From Orbicella franksi (taxonomy: Eukaryota): DNA of 64,000 nucleotides. The position numbers and the translations under genes were made by a program. The notes under the pieces are model-generated. The model saw only the letters and a list, made by a program, of their open reading frames with translations. It made no database searches and was not told the DNA's origin. Of the stretch, positions 12,237 through 23,766 are shown piece after piece. Within the stretch, counting starts at the first letter, position 1. Each line of letters starts with the position of its first letter. The stretch is taken from the NCBI GenBank assembly GCA_964199315.1, contig OZ116709.1, forward strand, positions 6,324,001-6,388,000, read 5' to 3'.

Positions 12237-13042
12237 TTACTGCGCACACAAACTCACATGCCACGTCGTTCATGAGAGCGCGCGTTAAGTAATAAAATGA
12301 ATAATGATAGGGCATATGGCCATTGCTATAGCTTTGTCTGGATTTAATGGTCTTGGACGTTCGGTGACCCCTACTTTTCTTTCCAGAAACAGATTTTATT
12401 TACAATCATTTCCACATTGTCCAAAAATGAACAACATGTGGGAAGTTAAAAAACATTTCAAGATTTCTGTCCACGGGACATCGAATCCTGCCATCTTGCG
12501 GCTGCAAGGCTCGTGAAACTATGGTCGCTAAATGCAAACTTGTTCTTTAATCCCCACCAGTTGGGTGTTCTTCCGGGCATGTTATCTCCAAAACCAAATC
12601 TGTGAGCCCCCCTTTTTTTACATTTCTGACATAACTAAGTCATCATCTTACAGTGGTAAGTCTCAGAAAAAATTCAATGTTGGAAAATCTTCGCGCGAAC
12701 GTCCTGAAACCCAGAAAGGAGACTAATCTAGGAGTGACTTGAGCTTTATTTATCACCTAAAATGGCCCGGAAATGGCAGCATTTTTCATTTATTTATTCC
12801 GGTGCACCCTGAAAGATACTTTGATATTACGTTCTTAGATGCTCATTACTTCAGCCATATTAGGCAAAAAGACCCAACACGGCGATTTGGAGACAGTATC
12901 GACTTCAGTAAAACGTCAAAATAACGAATTGCCAAGGGACTGAGAACGTGTTAATTGTGCCGGTGTTTTGTTTCGTGCATTTTACCACAAAGTACATCCG
13001 TATTTGTCGGCCTTATGCGCCTACTGGCGCGCAGAGACTTAA

Positions 13043-13941
13043 GGACGGTGCCTACTGAATACAAAGGTTTTTGCGCCAGGTTAGGACCTTGAGGAAAAAG
13101 TAGATCTTTGCAAGGGTTATCAGAATCCACAAAGAAAAAAGAGGGTAGCCACGCATTTTTTCGAGATAATTAGCCTTGAGTCTCAACAAAAATGCTGACA
13201 TCAGCATTTTTCTGAAAATAGAAGGAGAGGATATTTCTTCACAGCTTTCTTTAGAATTCGCCTTTACATACAGAAAAGCAAACACATTTATAAAGGTCTG
13301 AAAACTACATGGTAAATGGTAACATAAAAACCATTTTTGGTATGTTTTTAATAACAAAATTGTTGCAACAGCACTTTTAGCGTCTCTGACAGCCTTCCTC
13401 AGTTTCAGCTAAAATACAGTCTAACTATCTTTTGCTAACAACCAGAAACTAATCACCTACTGAATAGGCTTGCCACTTCCATTCCATAGCATAAAATATA
13501 GGGGTAACCACGCGTTTTTTTAAGTTATTGATCCTTTTTCTAAACTTTTTACGGTGCCTGTTACATTTTTTCCTGTCACCTCCCCAGTAAGTAAAACATT
13601 TGCGTATCTCGCACTTGTTTTGCGCGCGCACTACGCCATCTGCAGGTACATGTTTACAGTTGGATTTCAGTATAATTTTCGACAGATAACAGCTAGTTTT
13701 TCAGCTGGAAGACGTTAACAGTTAGTGGTTAGCGATATGCTGCTGTTCTGGTGTTCCTGGTTTAAGTACAGGTTCATTAAACTTGATTTGGTCACAGTAG
13801 GAAAATTTTGCTTTCAATTTAGTCGTGTACTTGGTAGCGTAGTTAATTGCGTCATGTCAACCAAGCGCACGCGTGGCGCTTAAACCATACCTTGCGTGAC
13901 GCGCACAACATGTGCGCACTAACAAAAGTAGGCACCGTCAG
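13043..13941. mobile_element. TTAA-flanked non-autonomous element (Kolobok-like termini)
   Basis: TTAA|GGACGGTGCCTACT ... AGTAGGCACCGTCAG|TTAA; TTAA at 13039-13042 and 13942-13945. Confidence 0.7.
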
Positions 13942-13995
13942 TTAATGATGATGACATCCGTATTTGATCGCGCGGAAGAATACCGCTCTTTATAA

Positions 13996-14394
13996 AGCCT
14001 GGTTCTCATATCCCGCCGACCTACCTGCGACGTAGTCGCCGGTTGCAATTGACAACGTTCGGCGATCTGTCCCAGTGGGTCCCCGGGGCATCTGCGATGG
14101 ATCGCCGACGTACTCAAATTTGCGCGAAATGCAAATCGAACCGCGCAAGTTTCAACCATATTACCCGTAAATATGGATCGAGTCGTCTATTGGAGTACGT
14201 TGCGTCCGCAGATGATGTTCACATAAAATATTTTCATCGCCGACAACCGCCGGCTTGCTAGCGAAGTTGAACTCAGCTCAACTTCGCAGGCAAGCCGGCG
14301 ATCAATGCCTGGGATAGATTATGATTCGGCGATAAATGTTCACATATGCCGTAACGGTGTCCCAGGTATGTCGGCGGCATGTGAGAACCAGGCT
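13996..14394. mobile_element. PIF/Harbinger-type MITE with TAA TSD
   Basis: AGCCTGGTTCTCATATCCCGCCGAC ... GTCGGCGGCATGTGAGAACCAGGCT; TAA at 13993-13995 and 14395-14397. Confidence 0.8.
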
Positions 14395-14543
14395 TAAGGG
14401 GACTTATTTGTAGAGGTTCTCGGGGACGTTTTGTCGGACGCGTTTCGTCTTGGGGGCGTTTTGCCCAACATGTATAACCGATCTTTTCAGGGTGTAAGCT
14501 GTAAGAAATGAGATTTGCAAATCACGGTATTCCTGACCGTGTC

Positions 14544-14641
14544 TAGCCTCCTTGGCAGCCTTTTTTTGGGATGTCACGCAACTTTCATTGGGGAGCGTTG
14601 CGTGACATCCCCCCCCCAAAAAACGGCTGCGCAGGAGACCA
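14544..14641. mobile_element. Palindromic mini-MITE with TAG terminus and degenerate 9-bp TSD
   Basis: GGGATGTCACGCAAC / GTTGCGTGACATCCC arms; flanks GACCGTGTC / CACTGTGTC (7/9 identical). Confidence 0.6.
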
Positions 14642-14669
14642 CACTGTGTCATGTACCAAATTCAAACTG

Positions 14670-15102
14670 CTGAAAGTTTTATTGTCACACAATCAAACAG
14701 AGTTAAAAAGGAAGAGAACAATGACTCGCTAGCTATTTTAAAATGACTTTATTAACAATCCAACAGCAATAAATAAATCCTGACTACAACAGTTACGAAA
14801 GAGGTCAATCAAGTCAATTAAAACAACAGTTTCATTAATGAGCACTTCTGGAACAACATTTACAACGTTTCATGAACTTGGTTATTTTTGTGACAGTTTG
14901 GCCTAAAAATAAGAAGCTAAGATGTCCAGGAGGAAAGCTACTTGATCCTACATGAAATTTCTAGATTCTTACAATTAACTCATCGTGTTCACTAAAAGAA
15001 GTTAAAGCTATCTAAAAACTAAAACAAAACAAAAAAAATCTGTCAAATTTGACCCACGAAGTTTATCTTCAACGCGATCCAGGGTGTATGCAATGACACC
15101 AT
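14670..15102 (-). other. Probable terminal 3' UTR exon of the SR gene with polyadenylation signals
   Basis: Donor AAG|GTAACT at 15984/15983, 12 nt after the stop. Acceptor TTGTCTATTACAG at 15103/15102. Minus-strand AATAAA at 14753-14748 and 14683-14678. Confidence 0.5.
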
Positions 15103-15995
15103 CTGTAATAGACAAATATGACCACAATTATTACCAGTCAAGCAGGATTATGTATTAACACAATGAATGGGTATTTAGTTGAGAAACTGTCCCATGTTAT
15201 TCTAGATTTTCTGATATTTACAATTTACATTGAAAAAACAATCACTACAGCATTAATCCATAGCTTTCTTAATTTTTATAATTGCATAAAGTGTTGTTTG
15301 TACTAATAAAAATTCCAAATCCACGTCACACTTCAGGGATAGCACCCTCCCACATGGGCCAGAAAGTCACACAGAATCAGACATAATCTCAGTTTCAGTA
15401 GCACATACCAACTTAGAGTATGGTGCTAGATGGGATCATTGCTACTCCCATCCCAGGCAAACCCCACCCACGCATTTTGTCAAGTTGCCATAACAGATTG
15501 CTAATGCCTATTTATACTCTTGCAGACCATCAATTCTTATAATCCATCAAATATTTGTGCTTGCATGCGATTGGTCTAATTGCGTCACAACTGAATATTC
15601 CCCAGCTGAAACTGGGGAATATCCGAGTGATATCCCCCAAAACTGCACGTGTTGCGAGAAATATGTGAAGGATAATAAGCACAATAGCCTCCATTTGGGG
15701 CAAAAATATGCTTGCATATTAATTTTGTCCTTGGACATTCTCTGTTCCTCGAAGCTCACAGTTTTTCTCAAGCTATGCCCTTGAAAAACTGTTCGCTTCT
15801 CAGAACAGATAATGTCTGCAGACAAATATCAGTGCATATTTTTGGGCCAAACGGAGGCTATCATTTATATGTCTTCCTATAGACTAAAGCCTCTAGGAAT
15901 TGAGCAGAGACTTGATAATAATCAGAACGTGTCTTCCTACAAGACATTTTACCACAGTCATGCGACAACTTACTTCAAGTTACCTTTCAAGAAAG

Positions 15996-18900
15996 TTAGA
16001 ATCGTCTTGGGCTGCGAGACCTGCTCCTTCCTCCCCTTCCTCCCCACCTGCCAAGAAATACACACATGGTGAACTGAGGTTTTTTTTAATCTTACAGTAT
16101 AAAGCCAGTAAATACTTCGGGTAATAATAGCTTTAGCCTGACCACCAACCCTCTATTTTGATCTGAGTTTGTTGAGATAATAACAAGCAAAATATTAACT
16201 GAGGGGAGATATGATTGAGCCAAAATGCGAGGGGGTGGGGCCGGGAAAAGACAAAAATTGAGGGTCTGTGGAAACTGAATTCCCTGTTTCAACAGAAATG
16301 GAAAACTTTGACTGGCTGAAAGGCCATTATCATACCAACACCAGTCCCAACACACATACATCATGTGGTTTGGATCGGTTGTCATCACTTGCCATCAACA
16401 GATACATGTTTGGCAAAAATAGATCAAGAGAGATAAACGAAGGTATTTAGTTGATGAAAATTAAGAATGTAAAGAACATACCTGTCTACATCAGGAGACC
16501 TTCCTCTTCCTCTGCGTGGTGGTGACCTGTTTTACAAAATTCAAATGAAAAAGTTAAACTTAGCTGCAAACATTGAATTTCATTTACTATTTGTCTTTTC
16601 CCCACCTACAGGTATTTTAACCATCTTTGAAATTTAAGAGAACGCTAAAGGTCAGAAGGAATGTACATGTAAATTATAAACGATAATCACACAAAACACC
16701 AACCAACCAAACACACCATTAAAAATAAATATCATCTACCAACAGATAGGGAAATGGAGAAGGCATCTCTTGTTCTTCATCAACAGCTATATTCTATAAA
16801 CTTATCACAGTTGGTTATTTATAACCTAAGTTCAATAAAACGGTTAGAGTTTTGTACATACTGGAGATGGTGTCTCTTGTTTTTTTATTGACAGCTATTA
16901 TCTATAAACTTATCACACTCGGTTATTTATAACCTAAGTTCGATAAAACAGTTAGATTTTTGTACACGCTATAGTCCTGAGATACTGGGTATGTTTAACC
17001 CAGAGTAACGGTTAAAACAACTTTTTGTCAATGCACAAAATGAATGTGTAAAATTAATTAACACAAAATGTAGTTTCTACATGTATCTTATCCGTGCCTA
17101 AATTTTGAAGCAAAACCTTAGTTTGCGCCTGTTTCAATTCACTCTTTCTTTGCTTCCCGAGAAATCAAGATTTTTTTAAAATCAAAACATTACCCTTCAA
17201 ACCCTCCACATTTCACATGCCTCTCCTCCTGACGTAGATGGTTGTTAACAATTCCATAGCAAAAATTGACAAAGCTGCACTTAATCTTTGACAATGAGGA
17301 CACTAGATCTGCACTTAATTTTGCTATGGAGGTCGAAATTTGATGAGGCTGTGCGAGGGAGAGAAGGTCGTTGATGAAGTAACTGAACCCATGCTGATTG
17401 CCAGAAGACTAATAACCAAATGTCTACCATTCAATGTTTCTAGGAACGTGTAGTGTCGATATTTGGGCTGATTTTATTTGCCATAGTTGATTATGAAAGA
17501 AGAGTTGAAGCACCTGGTTTACACTGAAGGTTACCGTAGACTATTGGTCTTCATCAAAGTTTTCTCCAGTTACACTTTTTATAGTTTGAGCTGGAATGGA
17601 TGAGACTGGCAGGAATTTGAAGGCAGAGAACACAGTAAATGTCCTTTCCAAACAACTTCCACTGTAGTGTTTCGTCGTACTTGTGCAAGATGTTGTGAAA
17701 GCTGGGCTCTGGCTGTTACGCAGATCATATATTTCTGAAGGTTGGAAGTTTGCCAGTGTACTGCACAGCAAAATCGTTTGATAAATTTGAGAGGTGCATG
17801 CTTTTTGTACTTGGATGTGAGGCTTTAACCACTCTATAAATCAAGCCATTGTATCCAAAATGAAGTGCATTAAAGAGTTGCAGAGGTTGGTCGCTGTATA
17901 CCTTGAAATGTGGAGGTTGATGACATTGTCGCGCAAAAATTAGATATGAGACACTTTTGGAGATTTGAACCATGGATAGGAAGGATGTGCACAGGGAAGA
18001 CATTGACGATTATACTGTGAGGAAAACGAAGGGAGGTTGAGGTGAAAAGGATGTAGGTGGAAAGTTGAAGGCACTTTTTGTGGTTGGTCGATGGCATGGG
18101 AGAAGGGTTCTGCTGGGGAGAAGCCTTTTTGAAGGAAGATGAAGGGGAAGGCACATCGCTGGGCTCAGAACCAAATGAAAGAGGTCAAGTTGGCCGAGCT
18201 GTTTAATCATTGGGGGTGAAGCTTAGATGTACCTACAGAATAACCCAGACATTACAGGAACATCAGCACAAAAAAGTAAACGAATATGGTATTACAAAAT
18301 GAAATAAAAACACTTCAAAGACAAGTCAATATGATAAACAAGACTACAAATTTGATCACAAACATTCATTTAACAAATGGTGGCCCATTAACATTGCAAC
18401 TTCTCTTACTCAAAATGGACCACAGAAAAATAGCTTGGTCATGTACCTCACTTCAAAGACCTTCATTAATTTATGGAAAACAATTCTATTTCTTGGGGTC
18501 TCAACAGACTAGAGAGTTAGATGTCATTAACTATTAGTGTTTTCTGCACGAAAAAGCCAAAGTAATCTACAATTTTCATGTTGCCTTTTGCCTCTACTTC
18601 AATTTGAGCCCTTATGTGAAACTTTCCTGACAAAAATGAGCGTGTTATTTGCTCGATCAAATGAATGTGCAGGTGAAATGCTTTTTGATATGCCCCGTCT
18701 ATCACAAAGCCATGTTTTTAAAACCAAATTTATATTGAGTATATTATTAATATTAGCATTAATTATTTTGCTGTACCCTTCAGGATGAACATCTTGATGC
18801 CAAAACCTCTGGCAGAAACATTGATACTGTCTTAATTGTTGAGAACTGTCTCAAACACTTGGAACTCAACAAATGTTTGTTCTGAACAAGCAGACTAATT

Positions 18901-19533
18901 TTCCTATTGGAAAGAAAACTGATCGGATGTTGAGAAAGAATTTTTACAGTTGGTATTGATATTGAATGACTGACAACCTTTTGGTATTGACAACCAAGTC
19001 TCTAGTCTTTTGAAGCCCTTAAAAGCACAAGCCAACAGTTCTAAATATCGTCTACGCACACAAGGAAAAATGGAAAAGTCAGCACCAAACAAAATCATTT
19101 AATAAACGTGTATTTGATACAAATCTGAGCACTCCAGGACGCACCTGTAAGGTGACCTTGACCTGTCATCATAACGATCAGAGCCTCCCCTGTCATCATA
19201 GTGTCGGCCACCGCCACCATGACGGTCGTCACGGTAGTCAGAGCGACGAGATCCTCCACCTCCTCCTCCACCCCCTCGGTTGCGGTTTCGAGCCATTTCT
19301 ACCCGAACTCTTTCTCCACAAATGCGAGCGCCATCTAATGATTTACAAGCGTCTTCTGCATCACGGTATTCTTCAAACTCCACAAAGGCAAAGCCGGGGG
19401 GATTACGGGCCACCCAAACATCATGGAGTCTTCCAAATCTCTCAAACTCTCTTTCTAACTCTTTCTTTGAGCCATTGTTACCAAGATTACCCACATAAAC
19501 TTTGTATGTTCCTCTGTCTGTCTTCCCTGACAT
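15996..19533 (-). CDS. SRSF3: Serine/arginine-rich splicing factor, SRSF3/SRSF7 (SRp20/Rbp1) type; 3 coding exons, 161 aa
   Basis: Coding exons 19533-19145 (ATG directly after the acceptor AG), 16526-16482 and 16047-15996 (TAA); all GT-AG, both introns phase 2. The RRM has RNP2 KVYVGNL and RNP1 [11 protein letters not shown], typical of SRSF3/7. A Gly-rich linker and RS/SP tail follow ([38 protein letters not shown]). The SRSF7 CCHC zinc knuckle is absent, so SRSF3-like; exact orthology needs a tree. Confidence 0.93.
16765..16967. repeat. Tandem duplication of about 108 bp in the SR-gene intron
   Basis: ACAGCTAT..CTATAAACTTATCACA..GGTTATTTATAACCTAAGTTC.ATAAAAC.GTTAGA.TTTTGTACA occurs twice. 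Confidence 0.8.
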
Positions 19534-20239
19534 CTGTGACAACAAAAGACACAAGAAGACTAAGAAACCAAATTCTGTGTCGTGAATGAGTTTTAAGATT
19601 TAAGTCATACATGTACATCATTAAATGACTGCCTCAGAATGACTCATTAAATATCAGTTATGAAGAAAAGCCACCATTCAAGTCAAAATTCATGACGTTG
19701 AAGACTACACGTTGATTTGAATACTATAAGTAAGTAAAACAACCTCCCAATAATTAAGAACATTAGAAAATTACCCAAAGGTAACGTTATGTTGGTTATG
19801 AACTAATTAAACAAGAACCTTTTCTGCTTTCCACTCGTGATTGAACTTAAAAAAATGCCTAATAGTGCATATTTTCTGACTAGAAAAGCTCAAAAATTTG
19901 CACTTTAATCTGTTCGCCATCGGAAATTATAAGTAGAGCACTGCATATAGTTAGTGCATAATACGAATATAATTTTCTCAGTTTCAAACTTTCACTCGGT
20001 TTTCTAAACATCTAAATTCTGTCAAAGTAAATACTGTGTAAAACTAGAATGAATGTCGGTGTGGATCAGTATGAACTAAAGTATTATCTTTTAGCGATCA
20101 AAAATCTCCAGAAGCAAGTTAGCTTTAGAACGCGAACGTGCCATGAAAATCAGCGTCGTTGATTTCCGCTTGCAACATAAAATTGAACAAAATTGAGCAC
20201 ATGAATTTGTCCGCTGAGTGTTTCAAATTATAGATTTAC

Positions 20240-20320
20240 CTTTCGATCGAGGAAGAAATCCCTCCAATGTTTGGCTTTAACTAGTTTTTCGTAAGGAAAA
20301 TCGAACAAAATGGCGTGAAA
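20240..20320 (-). promoter_or_regulatory. Probable non-coding first exon / TSS region of the SR gene with a YY1-type motif
   Basis: Donor AAG|GTAAAT at 20240/20239. CGCCATTTT (YY1 consensus) on the minus strand at 20315-20307. The exact TSS is not visible. Confidence 0.55.
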
Positions 20321-21029
20321 TGTAGTCAACGCAGCTGCAAAGCGAGCAATCGAAGCACGTTGGGGTTCATGGGATCGAAGTCAATAACAATCCCATACTG
20401 CAACGCTGGCAAGGGAACGGTCATGAATTGAACCGCTGACGACCGAGGCTGAAGACTCTTGATGGACAATGACGCGCTCGAGGGTCGCTATCGATGAAAT
20501 GAAACGTCGATTTACAAATTATAGGATTTAGACAAATATTACGCTATATTATCAGTACCAAATGTGTCAGAACTTCGTCGAAGATTTGAATTACGCTACA
20601 TTTCAGACGGTGAATTTAATTTTGCAATACCATCAAAGAAGACGTCAAATAAGATTTTACTGCTCCCTGTGTTGCAAATGACAGCAAATTTTTTGCTGCA
20701 AACATTTAATCCTGTCTACTGGCTCGAAAAACACACAGCAAACTAAAAGCTATATTGACATAACCTGGCCCAACGGATGAGGACTTTTGGGATTGAGCTC
20801 CTCGAATAAACCTTGTTTTTTCTTACAACTTAGTGCTTTAAAAATATATCATTTGATTATTGTTTTCTCATTATATCCGTCGTAATAGCCCATGTGAAAC
20901 TAAAGAGATATGTTATCTCAGGAAACATTCTTGTGTAACATTCTGGTACTTATGCATTTGAGGCCTTACGTACCAGTCATAAGAGATAACTTAAAGCTGG
21001 TTGCATACCTAGCATTCGACTAGCCTACC

Positions 21030-21190
21030 GATAGGGCCTCTCGTGTAGTTAAGTACACAAGAGGTTTCGAAAACTGTCACACTTTAATTGTGTTCTCCTG
21101 ATTGCTTCCGCATTTTAGATCATGCCAGTACTAATATTCAACTTAAGATGAAAGAAGCTATTCGCATTGTTCAGGAAAAACCTTCTTTAG
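21030..21190 (+). mobile_element. Penelope-like element, degenerate GIY-YIG endonuclease C-terminal fragment
   Basis: Translates, with a frameshift, as DRASRVVKY..ENCHTL-CSPDCFRILDHASTNIQLKMKEAIRIVQEKPSL. This matches the CSxDCFxILDxAxTxxQLKxKEAxxIxxExPSL pattern at the end of Penelope ORFs (recognised by eye). Confidence 0.7.
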
Positions 21191-21614
21191 TTGATTTAAA
21201 ACCTCACGCAGTCACGCACTCTTTCGCTGTATTGCCACTGCAATTCTATGGTTATTTTGTGCTGCGCAATGCAAGGGGCTGTCTAAACTCTTCGTCGAAA
21301 CATTGTGTCTTCTTTTGACATTCACAGGACTCACAGATATGTTTAGAAGAATCAGTTTCATTAATTACCCCTAAAGTGTAGGGTGCACTCAACTGCCAGG
21401 GGGCGGGGTGGGGGGGGGGGGGGAGGAGGGGGTATTCTTCCCTAGACAAAAAGACCCCATGTATTCTAGATCTGAAGAAGCTGCAAGCGCATTCATTAGT
21501 GTTGCACATGTAGGAGAGATAGATGAAATCCATTGTCACCAATTGCCCTCTGTAGAACTTTTAGAAACGCCGATGGATTATCTCTATCAATAACACTAAT
21601 GGTAGGTTTCCCTA

Positions 21615-21857
21615 CAGGAGCTACGTCACGGTTTGCGCATCTTAAAAATTTTAGCCTAAATTTCTCAAGTTCGTCGTTTGTAATCCGTGTTAATCTTCTC
21701 CATCCTTAACCACCCTTGTTCCCTTATGGTTTATTACTATCTCTTTGGTGTTTTTCTATCTCAGTAAACTGGCATTTTAAGGTTTCCTTCAATTGAAAGG
21801 TAATTTTGTATGTGGCCAAAAATAACTCAAGATACCGTGCGTGACAGAGATCTTTTA
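21615..21857. mobile_element. Degenerate MITE (GGAGCTACGTCACGG ... CCGTG..ACAGAGATCTTTTAA)
   Basis: Imperfect inverted termini; TTAA on the right only. Confidence 0.45.
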
Positions 21858-22518
21858 ATATCATGATTTTTTCCTATTTATCTTTAATCTATCTATTATT
21901 TTTATTTATTTATTTTTCTTGCTTTCTTTCTTTTACTTTTTAGGGCCCCACTGAAAACCACTGTGGCGAGTTGGGTTCCCTCATTAAACATGATTACTAT
22001 TAATAACCCCTTGAAGTTTATACAGGGGCTCAAAGATGTTATTTAACATTTGTTCGGATTCAATGCCTCTTTTGTGATGCGTATTGAGGGGCTGTCAACA
22101 TGATAAATTTTATATGCTCCCGGAATCAGTGTCACTTTGGAAGAAAGTTCTCACTAATCTAGGCGTATTTCTTCAGAGTTCAAGTGATTCATAAGCTGTC
22201 GGCGGATTGACGATTTGTAGTACAGGATCGCAGTTTATTTCGACCCTATTTGCCATTAGTTGTTGAGGTGAGTAATGCAGGAGCTGTGACGCGGAAAAAA
22301 AACAACAGCAAGTAAGACGGCATCGGCATTTACGAAGACAAAAATAACAGGCTTGTTCGTTGTTTCCTTTAAATGCCGTTTTAATAGTCGACGACGAGCC
22401 AGCTGATTTTTCAGTTCTCCGGTTAATCAGGAGCTCACCTACCAGATCGCTCTAAAATTATTTTGAGTAGATGTGGAGGTCAGTGAATGGCGGCTACAAA
22501 CTGACAAGTGGCCTTTAA

Positions 22519-22807
22519 GGTCGGCTCACACTAAGGGACATGTTGTGGAAACGTGAAGCAGGGACAAGCCCTTTTGTGTGTACGCATCATAAGATGCATG
22601 TTGCATGAACAGTGTGCAAGCTGGTGCATATGAAGAGGATATTTGTTCATTTGTATGTTGTAGTGGGAACAGTTTGAAAGAGCAGTGTGATGAAAACTTA
22701 TTTCATTTTGTCCCTGCTTAATGACGCGCGAATTCAAACCAGTTGAATTTCACGCAGCATGTTGCGGGGACAAAATCAACTTGTCCCCGCACGCGTGTGT
22801 GCCGACC
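22519..22807. mobile_element. MITE flanked by TTAA
   Basis: TTAA|GGTCGGCTCACAC ... GTGTGCCGACC|TTAA. Confidence 0.7.
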
Positions 22808-22915
22808 TTAACATTTCTGATCAGTTATGGTAAATGTCATCGACTGCCACACCAAGGAGTTATCGGTGAAATCGATCCAGCCCTTAAATTAAACGCGGCG
22901 GTTTAGGTGTGACTT

Positions 22916-23004
22916 CATATAGCTTGACCTCATTACGCTAACACTACTACACAAACAGTATTTGCGGAGTAGCTAGTGTTAACGTAATGAGGTCACGCTA
23001 TATG
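22916..23004. repeat. 89-nt near-perfect hairpin (31-bp stem, 29/31 paired)
   Basis: CATATAGCTTGACCTCATTACGCTAACACTA (22916-22946) pairs with TAGTGTTAACGTAATGAGGTCACGCTATATG (22974-23004). Confidence 0.85.
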
Positions 23005-23261
23005 CGATTGCGTACAATTCACAATAACTCAAATTGCTCTCGCATTTTAAGTGGTTCTTGTTTATGATCAGTTGATCAGTTGCTTTTGTTTCTTTACTCT
23101 ATATTCGCTCGAGATTTCGCTTGCGTGATAGTTGAAGAGGGCGCAGCCAGCTGAGTCAAATACCACGCATAGAAATCGAGAACAAACAATCGAATTGTTT
23201 CAGTATAAACCACTAGTCGTTCAAAACTTCATCTTAATCCTCTTCACAGATACTTGGAAAA

Positions 23262-23400
23262 CGCAAAGAAGCGGCCGCCAGTTTGTTAACAAGCGCACAC
23301 TGCTGGGCTACTCACTATCTACAACGGAATAGGAAGTGAACAGCGTAGCCAATCAGGAAACAGCATTTGTAATAGAACACTAGTAGATTTAGACTGAAAA
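23262..23400 (+). repeat. Dispersed repeat, with a second copy at about 37900-38030 in ERp29 intron 3
   Basis: Shared GCG.CCGC...GCACACT.CTG.GCT.CTCACTATCTACAAC.GAATAGG.AGTGA..AGCGTA. Confidence 0.65.
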
Positions 23401-23766
23401 CAGAAGATTTTGTGAGCTTTCTACTTCAGAAGAGCAAGAAATATTGGGCAATGCGTGTAGTTTGGTTAGAAACAGTTTAATTAAAGAGCCTTCTATTCGA
23501 ATCTTGCCCTCTTATACTTCAGTGCACTTGACCTAGCCGAGCAGCACAGTTGAACTCTTGATGTTGTCAGCCACCGGCAGTCGTTTAATTTGGCTTGCAC
23601 AATGTAAGGCGTATAGCAGCGTGTTGCTTCGAAACCTCCTAAAAAAAACCCTTCTCCTTCGTCACAATTTGACAGAATATATAGTTCGACAGCAATATGA
23701 TTGTGTAACCATGTATACCAGTTTAAATTTAACGACAATTAAAACTTGTCTCATTAGCAAACCACT

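Noticed and set aside
8160-16390. C-box-like RTGATGA motifs (about 8160, 11250-11270, 16382) suggesting intronic C/D snoRNAs
   Set aside because: No CTGA D box at a suitable distance with a terminal stem.
19152-19589. 145-aa and 72-aa plus-strand ORFs
   Set aside because: Antisense shadows of the SR protein coding exon.
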